13,138 bases of DNA from Oligoflexales bacterium. Its GTDB lineage: Bacteria > Bdellovibrionota_B > Oligoflexia > Oligoflexales > Bog-1112. Positions 1 through 8,490 of the stretch are shown here, in pieces. The position numbers and the translations under genes were made by a program. Each line of letters opens with the position of its first letter. The stretch's first letter is position 1. The notes beneath the pieces were generated by a model. The model was given only the letters and a program-made list of their open reading frames with translations, was not told the DNA's origin and did not search any database. The stretch lies in NCBI GenBank assembly GCA_045106415.1, contig JBGCEP010000074.1, positions 1 to 13,138 on the forward strand. Reading direction: 5' to 3'.

Positions 1-526
1 TATGCTCAGGCCAAAAACATCCTTGAAAACCTCAGCTACCCGACCCTCCGGGATAAACTGTTGGTGATTTAAATACACGCACATAGCACGGATTCTTGGT
101 CCGTATTGTATTGGCGCTGGAACATGTTCTGGAAACGAAGCAGTTGTAGTTACCCCACAGCTGCAGGTTTTGTGTTCTGAGCGATGTTCGGTGACTTCAA
201 TCTGAGGTTTAGGAATATCGAAAACTTGCCGTTTTTCGATATGAAAAGGGTTGACCGCTGAAAGCGTCTCTACCGCAACTTTTACAGTCTGAAACAGAAT
301 GAGCTTGAACTTTGTCAGGCGCTTTGCTCATTTCAAGTCTCTTACCTGGGTGCCCCTTTTGCCCCCCAGAGTTTCTTTTGCCCTTTGGTCGTAAACTCTT
401 GGTTCGCGGCTTTTTCGATAACCCATCACTCGATGGTGGTTTGCTACTTGTTGTACTGTCAAGATTTAACCTGCGCTCCAACTCAACAATGCGGGCCGTC
501 AAAGCCTTAACTTGCTCTTGTAACAC
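1..526 (-). pseudogene. IS66-family transposase, N-terminal part, frameshifted near 265-271
   Basis: Frame 1: coiled coil, NLDSTTSSKPPSSD, GGQKGHPG, CKSCG. The +1 frame continues LSAVNPFHIEKRQVFDIPKPQIEVTEHRSEHKTCSCG...PIQYGPRIRAMCVYLNHQQFIP to base 1. These are typical IS66 N-terminal and zinc-finger motifs. Start uncertain (frame open from about 574). Confidence 0.9.
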
Positions 527-620
527 TTGGATTATGTAATCTTTTTCGTCCGCAAGGACGACTCTGCCACAAAATCAAAAATTTTTCTCTATAAGATTAG
601 TTGGCTACCTGGGTAGTCAC
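1..620 (-). mobile_element. IS66-family element (single-ORF, ISBst12-like group), left (5') part; continues beyond the window start
   Basis: Terminus GTGACTACCCAGGTAG read on the minus strand from 620 (IS66-type GT(A/G)ACT..CAG end), followed by a transposase N-terminus; 14/16 match to the terminus at 10843. Confidence 0.85.
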
Positions 621-652
621 CTTTTTCTTGCAAATAAATGGATGGAATCCAG

Positions 653-689
653 AAAAACTAAAAAAGGACTCGCTATATGCGAGCCCTTT
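653..689 (-). terminator. Rho-independent terminator of the flagellin gene
   Basis: Minus strand AAAGGGCTCGC-ATATA-GCGAGTCCTTT followed by TTTAGTTTTT, about 50 nt after the flagellin stop. Confidence 0.8.
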
Positions 690-738
690 GTCAGTACACA
701 ACAGGAGATCATACTCCTATTTGTTCTTATTATTTCAA

Positions 739-1659
739 TTAACCCAACAAACTCAATGCAATTTGAGGTTGCGTATTTGCACTCGACAACACCGAAGCAC
801 CAGCTTGTTGCATAATGTTCGACTGTGTCATCTTCGCTGTTTCAGCTGCGAAGTCTGTATCTTGAACTCGGCTCATCGAGTCCATTAAATTTTCATTTGT
901 TACACTCAAGTTTCTAATCGTAGATTGCAAACGATTTTGAACTGAACCAAGATACGCTCGGTGCTCGTTCACTTTATAAATTGCATTATCAATCACACCG
1001 ATACTTGTTTGAGCATCTTCTTTACGATGAACACGGGTCCCCTCGTCATTTTCACCTAACTCAAGTGAACCTTCACCATGTGTAAACCCGTTAATATTGC
1101 CAAAATCAATCTTCACAACATTGACAGCATTTCGTTTATCAACACTATCTGAATCCTGAAAATAATCTTTACTCACTTGAATCTCAAGCGGGAAAGGATT
1201 ACTGCTTCCTGAGGACATATCATCAGGAAGATCCGCTTGGCCTGACAACAACCGAGTTCCATTAAACTCTGTTGAACCAGCTATTCGATCAATTTCATCT
1301 TTGAGCTGCGTATATTCTTTATCCAAAAACTCTCGCTCACTATTCCCAATAGTGTCCGAAGCAGCCTGGATCGCAAGCTCCCTTAGACGAACAAGCATGT
1401 TTGACGTTTCAACCAAACCACCCTCTGCAGTTTGAATTAAAGAAACACCGTCGTTCGCATTTCGCTGTGCCATCGTTAACGAGCGTGTATCTGCTCGTAA
1501 ATTTTCCGATACGGCAAGCCCAGCTGCATCATCAGCTGCTTTATTAATTCTTTTACCTGACGACAATCGCCCCATTGATGATTGGAGAGACTTTGTCGAC
1601 TCTGCCAAATTTCTCTGCGCATTAAGCGACGAAACATTTGTTCTTATTCGTAAACCCAT
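739..1659 (-). CDS. fliC: Flagellin
   Basis: MGLRIRTNVSSLNAQRNL, RLSSGKRINKAADDAAGLAV, NANDGVSLIQTAEGGL, RAYLGSVQNRL, SRVQDTDFAAETAKMT, PQIALSLLG; AGGAGGT Shine-Dalgarno. Confidence 0.98.
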   Translation of the reverse strand: MGLRIRTNVSSLNAQRNLAESTKSLQSSMGRLSSGKRINKAADDAAGLAVSENLRADTRSLTMAQRNANDGVSLIQTAEGGLVETSNMLVRLRELAIQAASDTIGNSEREFLDKEYTQLKDEIDRIAGSTEFNGTRLLSGQADLPDDMSSGSSNPFPLEIQVSKDYFQDSDSVDKRNAVNVVKIDFGNINGFTHGEGSLELGENDEGTRVHRKEDAQTSIGVIDNAIYKVNEHRAYLGSVQNRLQSTIRNLSVTNENLMDSMSRVQDTDFAAETAKMTQSNIMQQAGASVLSSANTQPQIALSLLG

Positions 1660-1663
1660 ATGG

Positions 1664-1691
1664 ACCTCCTGGTTGGGCTAACACTCCTGTG
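1664..1691 (-). promoter_or_regulatory. Two AGGA-loop hairpins in the flagellin 5' UTR (candidate CsrA sites), the second overlapping the Shine-Dalgarno
   Basis: CAC-AGGA-GTG at 1691-1682 and ACC-AGGA-GGT at 1673-1664 on the minus strand. Confidence 0.55.
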
Positions 1692-1704
1692 ACTGACATA
1701 TATG

Positions 1705-1731
1705 ACTTCGGAGTTCGTTGGCGTTTATTTA
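1705..1731 (-). promoter_or_regulatory. sigma28 (FliA)-like promoter of flagellin
   Basis: TAAA (1731-1728)-N15-TCCGAAGT (1712-1705) versus consensus TAAA-N15-GCCGATAA, about 45 nt upstream of the start codon. Confidence 0.7.
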
Positions 1732-2007
1732 GAGAGGGTTAGATTAACAGTTTGTTTTTATTGGATTTTTAAGGTCGGAAATTTTTCCCCAGTATTTTTG
1801 CCGGACTTTTTTTGCTTACAACCTCACAGGATCTTTTTGAAATAAATCAATACTTTTTAAATTATTTTAAGAAGTTACAAAAAAAGACAAACCTAAAGAA
1901 AAAACAAGCCTCGTAATTGATCATGCTTGCGAGTTCTGAATAATATCGATACAACGGAAAAAAGTATCTATCCTTTTAAGAGCATACAGCAGCCACAAGG
2001 ACCTCAT

Positions 2008-2598
2008 ATGAAAAATATTGCACTCTCTGCTCTCCAACAAGGAGCTCAAGCCCTTGATGCTCTCATGAAAAACGAGCACACATTAGACACTCTCGTTGCA
2101 GCAGCCAAATCCCTAAGTCAATCCCTTGAGCTAGGACACAAAGTTTACTCATGTGGAAATGGTGGCTCTTTTTGCGATGCTGCTCATTTTGCAGAAGAAC
2201 TCTCAGGGCGTTTCCGACAAGATCGTAAAGCGCTGGCAGCTATGGCAATATCAGACGGCGCTCATATTTCTTGCGCTGCAAATGACTTCGGTTATGAGAA
2301 CGTCTACTCCCGGTTTCTTGAGGCTCACGCACAGCCCGGCGATCACTGTTTACTCATCAGCACGAGTGGTCGTAGCCCCAATATCATCAACGCAGCAAAA
2401 GCCGCAAAAGCCTCAGGTGCAACTGTTATCTCCCTCACAGGAAAAAAAGCCAGTCCTCTTTCCGAATTGAGTGATTTCGACATCTGTACCCCTGGGGGGC
2501 AATGGGCGGACCGTGTTCAAGAGCTTCACATCAAGTGCATCCATATTCTTATAGAAATGGTTGAAACAACATTAAACCTTCATCCAAACAATTCTTAA
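2008..2598 (+). CDS. gmhA: D-sedoheptulose 7-phosphate isomerase (SIS domain)
   Basis: CGNGGSFCDAAHFAEELSGRF, ANDFGYENVYSR, ISTSGRSPNI, ADRVQELHIKCIH. ATG at 2008 after AAGGA gives 196 aa, preferred over the track start at 1927. Confidence 0.95.
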   Translation: MKNIALSALQQGAQALDALMKNEHTLDTLVAAAKSLSQSLELGHKVYSCGNGGSFCDAAHFAEELSGRFRQDRKALAAMAISDGAHISCAANDFGYENVYSRFLEAHAQPGDHCLLISTSGRSPNIINAAKAAKASGATVISLTGKKASPLSELSDFDICTPGGQWADRVQELHIKCIHILIEMVETTLNLHPNNS

Positions 2599-2611
2599 TT
2601 TAGGATCAAAC

Positions 2612-2956
2612 ATGAGTCAAGAAACTATTTTCGACAAAATCATAAGAGATGAAATTCCTGTCAACATCGTCTATCAAGACGACTATGTCATCGCTTTTCA
2701 CGATATCAACCCACAAGCACCGGTCCATGTTTTAGTCATTCCTAAAAAAAAATATCAAGGCTTTTCAGATCTTGCTGATGCTGATGCTTTAAGCGCTGGA
2801 CAATATATGACAAGTATTTCAAAAGTCGCCAAGCACTTAAAACTTGACAATGGTTATCGCATTGTTTTCAACCAAGGCAATGATGGGCTTCAAACTGTAG
2901 AATATATTCATGCACATCTTCTTGCTGGAAGACAATTGCAATGGCCCCCTGGATAA
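2612..2956 (+). CDS. HIT-family (HinT-like) histidine triad nucleotide-binding protein
   Basis: TIFDKII, AFHDINPQAPVHVLVIPK, GYRIVFN, QTVEYIHAHLLAGRQLQWPPG. Confidence 0.93.
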   Translation: MSQETIFDKIIRDEIPVNIVYQDDYVIAFHDINPQAPVHVLVIPKKKYQGFSDLADADALSAGQYMTSISKVAKHLKLDNGYRIVFNQGNDGLQTVEYIHAHLLAGRQLQWPPG

Positions 2957-3010
2957 GTGAGGCTTACTTGACCAAGCTTTCACGACGATCATGATAGGAA
3001 TGAAACAACC

Positions 3011-4081
3011 ATGACCACCGAACCTAGCGCAACCACTCCAGTTCTTCTTGCCCCAGACAATTTCACTCCACTCACAAGAACCCCTTGGGCTGGAAAAGTC
3101 ATCACTCAAAATCTTAAAAAACAAATACTACCGCCCACAACACAGAAAAAAGTTGGAGAGTCATGGGAGTTTTCGTGTGATCCCGCTTTCCCTTCTAAAA
3201 TCCACCAACAAAATACCTCAATCGATTCTCAGATCCGTCAAAACCCTGAAGACTTTCTTTCTCCTGCACTCAAGTCTCATAAAACCTCTCAAATTCTCAT
3301 CAAACTTCTCAATGCAGCAGAGCCCCTCTCTTTACAGGTTCATCCACGAGATGATGACCCATGCCTCCTGGGTCATGAATGTGGAAAACCTGAATCATGG
3401 CTCATCCTTGAATGTGAACCCGGAGCTGGTCTCTACGTTGGTTTCCAACAAGCCTGGAGTAAAGAAGACATTAGAAAAGCAATCTCTGCCGGCAAAGCAA
3501 AAGAACTCTTTCAATTCATCCCAGTCAAACCTATGGATTATTTTGAAATTATGCCAGGAGTCCCTCACGCAATTGGCGCCGGTATTACACTCCTTGAACC
3601 TCAAAGAGTTCTCCCTGGAAAAACCGGAAAAACTTGCCGCTTTTGGGATTGGGACAGAACATACGACTCAACAGGTCACGTTTGCCCAAAAGGCTCTCCA
3701 CGAGAGCTTCACTTAGAAGACAGCTTAAGAATTGTAACTCCGGAACTGCACACAGGAAAAGATTTCCTTAACAGCATAATAAAACAACCAAAAAAAACTC
3801 ATTACGGGAATAACAAAGTTTTAAGTTGGCCAAGAAATGATCACTATCAAGTGCATAGAATCGAGGTCACAACACAAATTCAGTACAATCTCGACAACGG
3901 TTATGGCATTGTAACGGCGACGGATGGAGCGCTGACAATTAACAACGCTCAAAACCAAAGCTGCACACTCCCAAAAGGACAAACAGCGATGCTACCATGG
4001 GCGAGCTTCCCTCTTTGCTTTTCCGGCAAAGCTGAAGCTGTTATCGTGACTCCATCTCTTTCAAATAGCCAATGGCAATAA
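3011..4081 (+). CDS. Class I mannose-6-phosphate isomerase-like cupin protein
   Basis: TPWAG, VGESWE, LIKLLNAAEPLSLQVHP, GKPESW, PGVPHAIGAGITLLE, PRELHLE. Confidence 0.85.
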   Translation: MTTEPSATTPVLLAPDNFTPLTRTPWAGKVITQNLKKQILPPTTQKKVGESWEFSCDPAFPSKIHQQNTSIDSQIRQNPEDFLSPALKSHKTSQILIKLLNAAEPLSLQVHPRDDDPCLLGHECGKPESWLILECEPGAGLYVGFQQAWSKEDIRKAISAGKAKELFQFIPVKPMDYFEIMPGVPHAIGAGITLLEPQRVLPGKTGKTCRFWDWDRTYDSTGHVCPKGSPRELHLEDSLRIVTPELHTGKDFLNSIIKQPKKTHYGNNKVLSWPRNDHYQVHRIEVTTQIQYNLDNGYGIVTATDGALTINNAQNQSCTLPKGQTAMLPWASFPLCFSGKAEAVIVTPSLSNSQWQ

Positions 4082-4096
4082 ACACAGGAGCATCCA

Positions 4097-4285
4097 TTGA
4101 TTCCATTTCGCGTTTTCGACCCACACAAAAAGACAACTTGGATTATCTTAAATTTTCATCAGTCAACTGGGGAATATTTAGTGGCTAGAGAAGATGACAG
4201 TGATGAGGATGGAACCATCCTCACACTCACTGTCAACGACCTCAAAACATGTCAAATGATTGATTTCGTCGACAGTGAGGATTAA
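4097..4285 (+). CDS. Small acidic hypothetical protein (62 aa)
   Basis: TTG start 7 nt after AGGAG, 15 nt after the upstream stop; fills the gap up to the HU gene. Confidence 0.7.
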   Translation: MIPFRVFDPHKKTTWIILNFHQSTGEYLVAREDDSDEDGTILTLTVNDLKTCQMIDFVDSED

Positions 4286-4293
4286 CAGCTCGA

Positions 4294-4566
4294 TTACCGA
4301 GCTGCATCCTTCAATTCTTTTCCTGGACGGAACACAGGGACTCTGCGAGCAGGAATACGAATTTCTTCGCCTGTCTGTGGGTTGCGTCCACTACGCTCTT
4401 GGCGCATAGAGTTTGTAAATGTACCAAACCCTAAAAGACGAATACCTTCTTCGCCATTTATGTTATTCTTCACAACATCACAAAACGCTTGGAGAAACTT
4501 TTCAGTGTCTGCTTTTGTTTGTTTAGTCTCAGTTGCAATGGCTTCAATCAGTTCATTTTTTTTCAT
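4294..4566 (-). CDS. hup: HU-family DNA-binding protein
   Basis: MKKNELIEAIA, LLGFGTF, RSGRNPQTGEEIRIPARRVPVFRPGKELKDA; 90 aa. Confidence 0.96.
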   Translation of the reverse strand: MKKNELIEAIATETKQTKADTEKFLQAFCDVVKNNINGEEGIRLLGFGTFTNSMRQERSGRNPQTGEEIRIPARRVPVFRPGKELKDAAR

Positions 4567-4627
4567 GTTTTCAGTACTCCATCAAAAACGTAGCTACAGG
4601 CGTAAACCTTTACAAGGACGGGCCCTA

Positions 4628-5158
4628 TTGTCAAGAGAGAGTCTCATCTTAGTGTTTTTTTTAACAACAAACACTATATATAGCGCCCCTTTACTTGTGG
4701 ATCGGCTGATTTTAGAGATCAATGGGGAATCCTACACTCAAAAAGAGATGGAACTTACTCTCATGTTGTTAGCTATTTTTAAAGACAGACAGCCCATACC
4801 TCTCCAAGAGGCCTCTTGGGGAGCTGCTCTTCTCGAGTACAGGGAGTTTATGAAAAGTTTTCATGAGTCTCTCAAAAAGGGTCGAATTTACCCTCGAGAA
4901 GACTTGGTTGCACAAAAAACCTCAGAGGTTTATGTTGTGGCACGGAAAAACCCGATTCTACAACGGCAGCTAGAACGACTTGACGTCAACTCGCAAACAC
5001 TTTCTGTCGGCATAGCGATGGTTCTTCAAACCAAAACGTGGGAAAGTTTTCCCGCACAAAGAAAAAACGACTCTAAAGAACAAACGAGCATCATAAGATG
5101 GTACGAAAACGCACAGACATACAAAAAAATCCATCCCAGACCATCCACAGGTACCTAG
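4628..5158 (+). CDS. Exported hypothetical protein with a SurA N-terminal-like start
   Basis: TTG at 4628 after AAGGA avoids overlap with HU; hydrophobic signal-like stretch followed by VDRLILEINGESYTQKEM, resembling the SurA VDRIVAxVNGxxIT motif; no PPIase domain seen. Confidence 0.6.
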   Translation: MSRESLILVFFLTTNTIYSAPLLVDRLILEINGESYTQKEMELTLMLLAIFKDRQPIPLQEASWGAALLEYREFMKSFHESLKKGRIYPREDLVAQKTSEVYVVARKNPILQRQLERLDVNSQTLSVGIAMVLQTKTWESFPAQRKNDSKEQTSIIRWYENAQTYKKIHPRPSTGT

Positions 5159-5595
5159 GAGACAATCGAGAGCGTCACGACCTCCAGAACATGACTCAGC
5201 AGCCTGAGTGGGGTTTTTGGAAAGCTGAAGAGATTGAAAAAGTCTTTCAACAGCATCATGGAATCTTATTCTATATGCCAAACACACAGACTGATGCTTC
5301 GCCATGGGCTGGACTTGTTTTTGCGCAAAGCTCGGTCGACACCTCTGAATTGCTCTATATCTACACACCAAAATCACAACGAAGCCAAGGGTTTGCCCGC
5401 CAAGGACTCCTTCACCTCATTGAACATCTCAAAGCCACAGGTAACCAAGACGCTTTGTTTCTTGAGGTTCGTCCGTCAAACACACATGCAATTGCCCTCT
5501 ATGAATCTTTAGGGTGGCAAAAAACCCACAAACGCAACCGCTATTATCAGGATGGAGAGGATGCCCTCGTCTACAAACTTAAACTCACCAAGTGA
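5098..5595 (+). CDS. rimI: RimI-like GNAT N-acetyltransferase
   Basis: QRSQGFA acetyl-CoA motif, LFLEVRPSNTHAIALYESLGW, RNRYYQDGEDALV. Start uncertain (alternative ATG at 5191). Confidence 0.85.
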   Translation: MVRKRTDIQKNPSQTIHRYLGDNRERHDLQNMTQQPEWGFWKAEEIEKVFQQHHGILFYMPNTQTDASPWAGLVFAQSSVDTSELLYIYTPKSQRSQGFARQGLLHLIEHLKATGNQDALFLEVRPSNTHAIALYESLGWQKTHKRNRYYQDGEDALVYKLKLTK

Positions 5596-6649
5596 GGCCG
5601 TCACAGATGTTGTTTGGATACAAACAGCGTTTGCTGGAGATATTGTTCTATCAACCGGAGCTTTGAAGCTTCTACAAGAACGCCTCCCCCACATTCGGCA
5701 ACACGTCATCACAACCAGCATCGGCCTTGAAATTTTAAAGGGAGTGCCTTTTTTAACGTCAACTCAAGCTCTCCCAAAATCATTTTCTATAAAATCTCTG
5801 CAAGGTTTTTTAAATATAAAAAAAACACTGAAAAAAAAGATCCAAACCCCAAGCACAACACGTATTTTACAGCCACATCGATCATCACGATCATCACTTT
5901 TACGTTTGTTTTTAGGCTATCAATCCTACACATGGAAGACAGCCTCACTATCTTGGACTGCTCACGGCACCGTAGACCCTCTACCACACGAGCACGAAAC
6001 AATGAGAGTGGCAAAGCTGCTTAGTCACATTGGCATTGAGCCTTTATCAGAGCCTAAGATTTCCCCATACCTAGCGCCTTTACCTCTTCAGGTACAAATC
6101 CCTTGGCAAAGAAAAATCCAAGATCACACAGGGATATGGGTCGCGTTCGCACCAGGAAGCGTCTGGGGAACAAAACAATGGCAAATGACCAAATATCTGC
6201 AGCTTGCACATCTCCTTTTGGAAAAAACACCTGTTCATATTTTATGGATTGGTGGACCTCAAGAGAAAAAACTCAAAGCCTACATTCCACCAGATCACCC
6301 ACGCATGATCGATACCATTGGAGAAACAAGCTTTGATGATTTAAGACGTTTTTTCCCCCGACTTCAACTCCTAGTGAGCAATGACAGTTCACCTGTACAC
6401 TTCGCTTCAGCCTTCAATATTCCGACTGTCACTATTTGGGGAGCCACCGCACCAAGCCTTGGTTTTTCTTCCTTATCGACACGTCAGAAGAACATTGAAC
6501 AAAAGCTTCCTTGCCGGCCATGCCATAGTCATGGGCCTCAGGTATGCCCTAAAGTCCACTTTAAATGCATGAATGAAACCGCCGTAGAAACCGTCGCACA
6601 AGCGTGCCTCGAGCTTCTTAGCACTGAAGACACTCGACATAAAAATTGA
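5552..6649 (+). CDS. Glycosyltransferase family 9 (ADP-heptose:LPS heptosyltransferase, WaaF-like)
   Basis: IQTAFAGDIVLST, FAPGSVWGTKQW, LVSNDSSPVHFASAFNIPTVTIWGAT, LPCRPC...CPKVHFKCM. Confidence 0.92.
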   Translation: MERMPSSTNLNSPSEAVTDVVWIQTAFAGDIVLSTGALKLLQERLPHIRQHVITTSIGLEILKGVPFLTSTQALPKSFSIKSLQGFLNIKKTLKKKIQTPSTTRILQPHRSSRSSLLRLFLGYQSYTWKTASLSWTAHGTVDPLPHEHETMRVAKLLSHIGIEPLSEPKISPYLAPLPLQVQIPWQRKIQDHTGIWVAFAPGSVWGTKQWQMTKYLQLAHLLLEKTPVHILWIGGPQEKKLKAYIPPDHPRMIDTIGETSFDDLRRFFPRLQLLVSNDSSPVHFASAFNIPTVTIWGATAPSLGFSSLSTRQKNIEQKLPCRPCHSHGPQVCPKVHFKCMNETAVETVAQACLELLSTEDTRHKN

Positions 6650-6651
6650 TC

Positions 6652-7281
6652 CTACTGTGTCCCAAAAAGACGGTCTCCAGCATCACCAAGCCCTGGGACA
6701 ATGTAAGAGCGCTCGTTCAAACATTGATCCACAGATGCTGTAATCACCTCAACCTCTGGATGATGATCATGAAAAAACTCCAACCCCTCTGGGGAGGCCA
6801 GTAAACACACAAAGTCAATACGTTTAACTTTGGCTTGTTTCAACCGTGCCACCGCAGCAACAGCAGAATGACCTGTCGCAAGCATGGGATCAAGAACAAT
6901 CACATTACGTTCACTTATATCTTTTGGAAATTTTAGATAATACTCAACAACAGCTCCTGCTGTCTCATTTCGGTAAAGACCCACATGACCTATTTTTGCT
7001 GTCGGCATCAACTGAATCATTCCATCCAGCAGACCGTTTCCAGCTCTTAATATTGAGATCAAAGCTGAGTTTTTTTCGGCAAGCATAGGTGCTTGCATGG
7101 TTGCAACAGGAGTTTCTATTTCCACAGGACTTAACGGCAAATGACGTGTAGCTTCATAACCCAAAAGAAAGCTCACTTCTCGCATAAGCGCTCTAAATTT
7201 TGTCGTACTGGTATCTTTATTTCTCATCAAACTCAATTTATGTTGCACCAAAGGGTGATCAACAACGTGCACTATTCCCAT
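6652..7281 (-). CDS. upp: Uracil phosphoribosyltransferase
   Basis: [49 protein letters not shown]; 209 aa. Confidence 0.98.
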   Translation of the reverse strand: MGIVHVVDHPLVQHKLSLMRNKDTSTTKFRALMREVSFLLGYEATRHLPLSPVEIETPVATMQAPMLAEKNSALISILRAGNGLLDGMIQLMPTAKIGHVGLYRNETAGAVVEYYLKFPKDISERNVIVLDPMLATGHSAVAAVARLKQAKVKRIDFVCLLASPEGLEFFHDHHPEVEVITASVDQCLNERSYIVPGLGDAGDRLFGTQ

Positions 7282-7290
7282 GTTTTCCTC

Positions 7291-8490
7291 CTAAAAAATC
7301 GTTCCATCACTTAATGTTTGTATAGGAGGAGGCCCTCCTCGTTTTTCATTTGCCAGCTGCCTTCCCAAGGCCCACGTCCCTCCCTCTAGCATGCAAGCCA
7401 AAGGAAGCTCGACCTGCAGTCGATCTTCGACAAGAGGTCGTAAAACATCAAGCAAAGCAACAGTCATTGAACGCCACTCTACAATCATCTCACTATCTGG
7501 TTGGTGAACAACCTGTAAGTCTTGTTTACTTTTTACTTCTAAAACACCTGAATCTACAAACAAACCACCGTTACGGTATTCAGCAAGACCGGTCATTTGG
7601 TCAAGACCATCGACACGAACTCCATACTCCATAAGGGTTTCGATTAAAGAGTAAGTCAACCATTGGCTCAATTTATGAAACGGCACAAGGTGATTTGTGA
7701 CTCCTGCCCCTTGAATCAAAGGATGAGACCAAACGTCTCCTAATTGAATCCCATCAATTTCCATTCGAGCAGGCCAAACATCTTTCAACCCTTTTAATAC
7801 TTGTTCCATCACACTTGTTGCATCAACAGGGCTATGAAAACGATCAGCCATACATCCCGGTCGAGCAAAACTACCCTGAAACACTGAGTTGGTTTTAGCT
7901 GCTTGTCCAAGCCTATTCAAAAGACCAACCCGCCCTTCTAAGCCTGTGAGAGGATTTCTTTCGCTCACACGCAGACCACGAGCTAAATGTTCCACAGTCA
8001 ATTGAGTAAGACCTTGCGCATCAACTCGGTAAGCCTCTCCTGTTGAAGAAAACACTCCTTGCCGAAACATTTGCCAACTTGCAACAGCGAGACCTTCTGA
8101 TCTTCTATAAATACGGCCGGCATCTCGAAAAGACCACTGTGGTCCTGCACCAGCATCTAAAAGCACTGAAATAAACATAAGGTCAAAAGAAACTCTTAAC
8201 TTTTCCTCCGAAGAGAGACCAGCCATTTCTTGCCGTAGTTCTTCTCCTCGGTCGATACCACCTGCACTGAGATGACGCCAACGACTGTGAAAAGGAATTT
8301 TCAGATTTGGATAATTTTTTTTGGTAATTTCTGCAACTTGATCTGCCAAAAATTCAAGCCGATCCTCTTGAAGAGTAAAGCACTTTAGTTTATTTTCTCG
8401 AGCGAGCTCAAGCATTTGTTGACTACGAGATCTTACCGCTGCTGTTGTTTGTAGCCATTTTAAATCTTCTTGCACCACATCAGTCTCCAT
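7291..8490 (-). CDS. urc4: URC4/urg3-family protein (DUF1688)
   Basis: IPFHSRWRH, SVLLDAGAGPQW, RSEGLAVAS, FHKLSQWLTYSL, TGLAEYRNGGLF, VEWRSMTVALLD, LEGGTW, SDGTIF. Start uncertain (8499 GTG, 8490 ATG or 8478 GTG). Confidence 0.92.
   Translation of the reverse strand: METDVVQEDLKWLQTTAAVRSRSQQMLELARENKLKCFTLQEDRLEFLADQVAEITKKNYPNLKIPFHSRWRHLSAGGIDRGEELRQEMAGLSSEEKLRVSFDLMFISVLLDAGAGPQWSFRDAGRIYRRSEGLAVASWQMFRQGVFSSTGEAYRVDAQGLTQLTVEHLARGLRVSERNPLTGLEGRVGLLNRLGQAAKTNSVFQGSFARPGCMADRFHSPVDATSVMEQVLKGLKDVWPARMEIDGIQLGDVWSHPLIQGAGVTNHLVPFHKLSQWLTYSLIETLMEYGVRVDGLDQMTGLAEYRNGGLFVDSGVLEVKSKQDLQVVHQPDSEMIVEWRSMTVALLDVLRPLVEDRLQVELPLACMLEGGTWALGRQLANEKRGGPPPIQTLSDGTIF

Noticed and set aside
700..721. 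Hairpin AACAGGAG-ATCATA-CTCCTATT after the flagellin stop as a small RNA
   Set aside because: Short imperfect stem in the 3' UTR with no other support; may only stabilise the mRNA.
3048..3716. 222-aa overlapping ORF and the other nested or antisense track ORFs (e.g. 312-539, 601-888, 2153-2470, 4970-5377, 7350-7634, 8584-8892, 10794-11000, 11165-11386)
   Set aside because: They overlap well-supported genes or IS ends and show no recognisable motifs.
4382..4627. N-terminal 82 aa of the 258-aa ORF
   Set aside because: Mostly antisense shadow of the HU gene; a better start with a Shine-Dalgarno lies at 4628.
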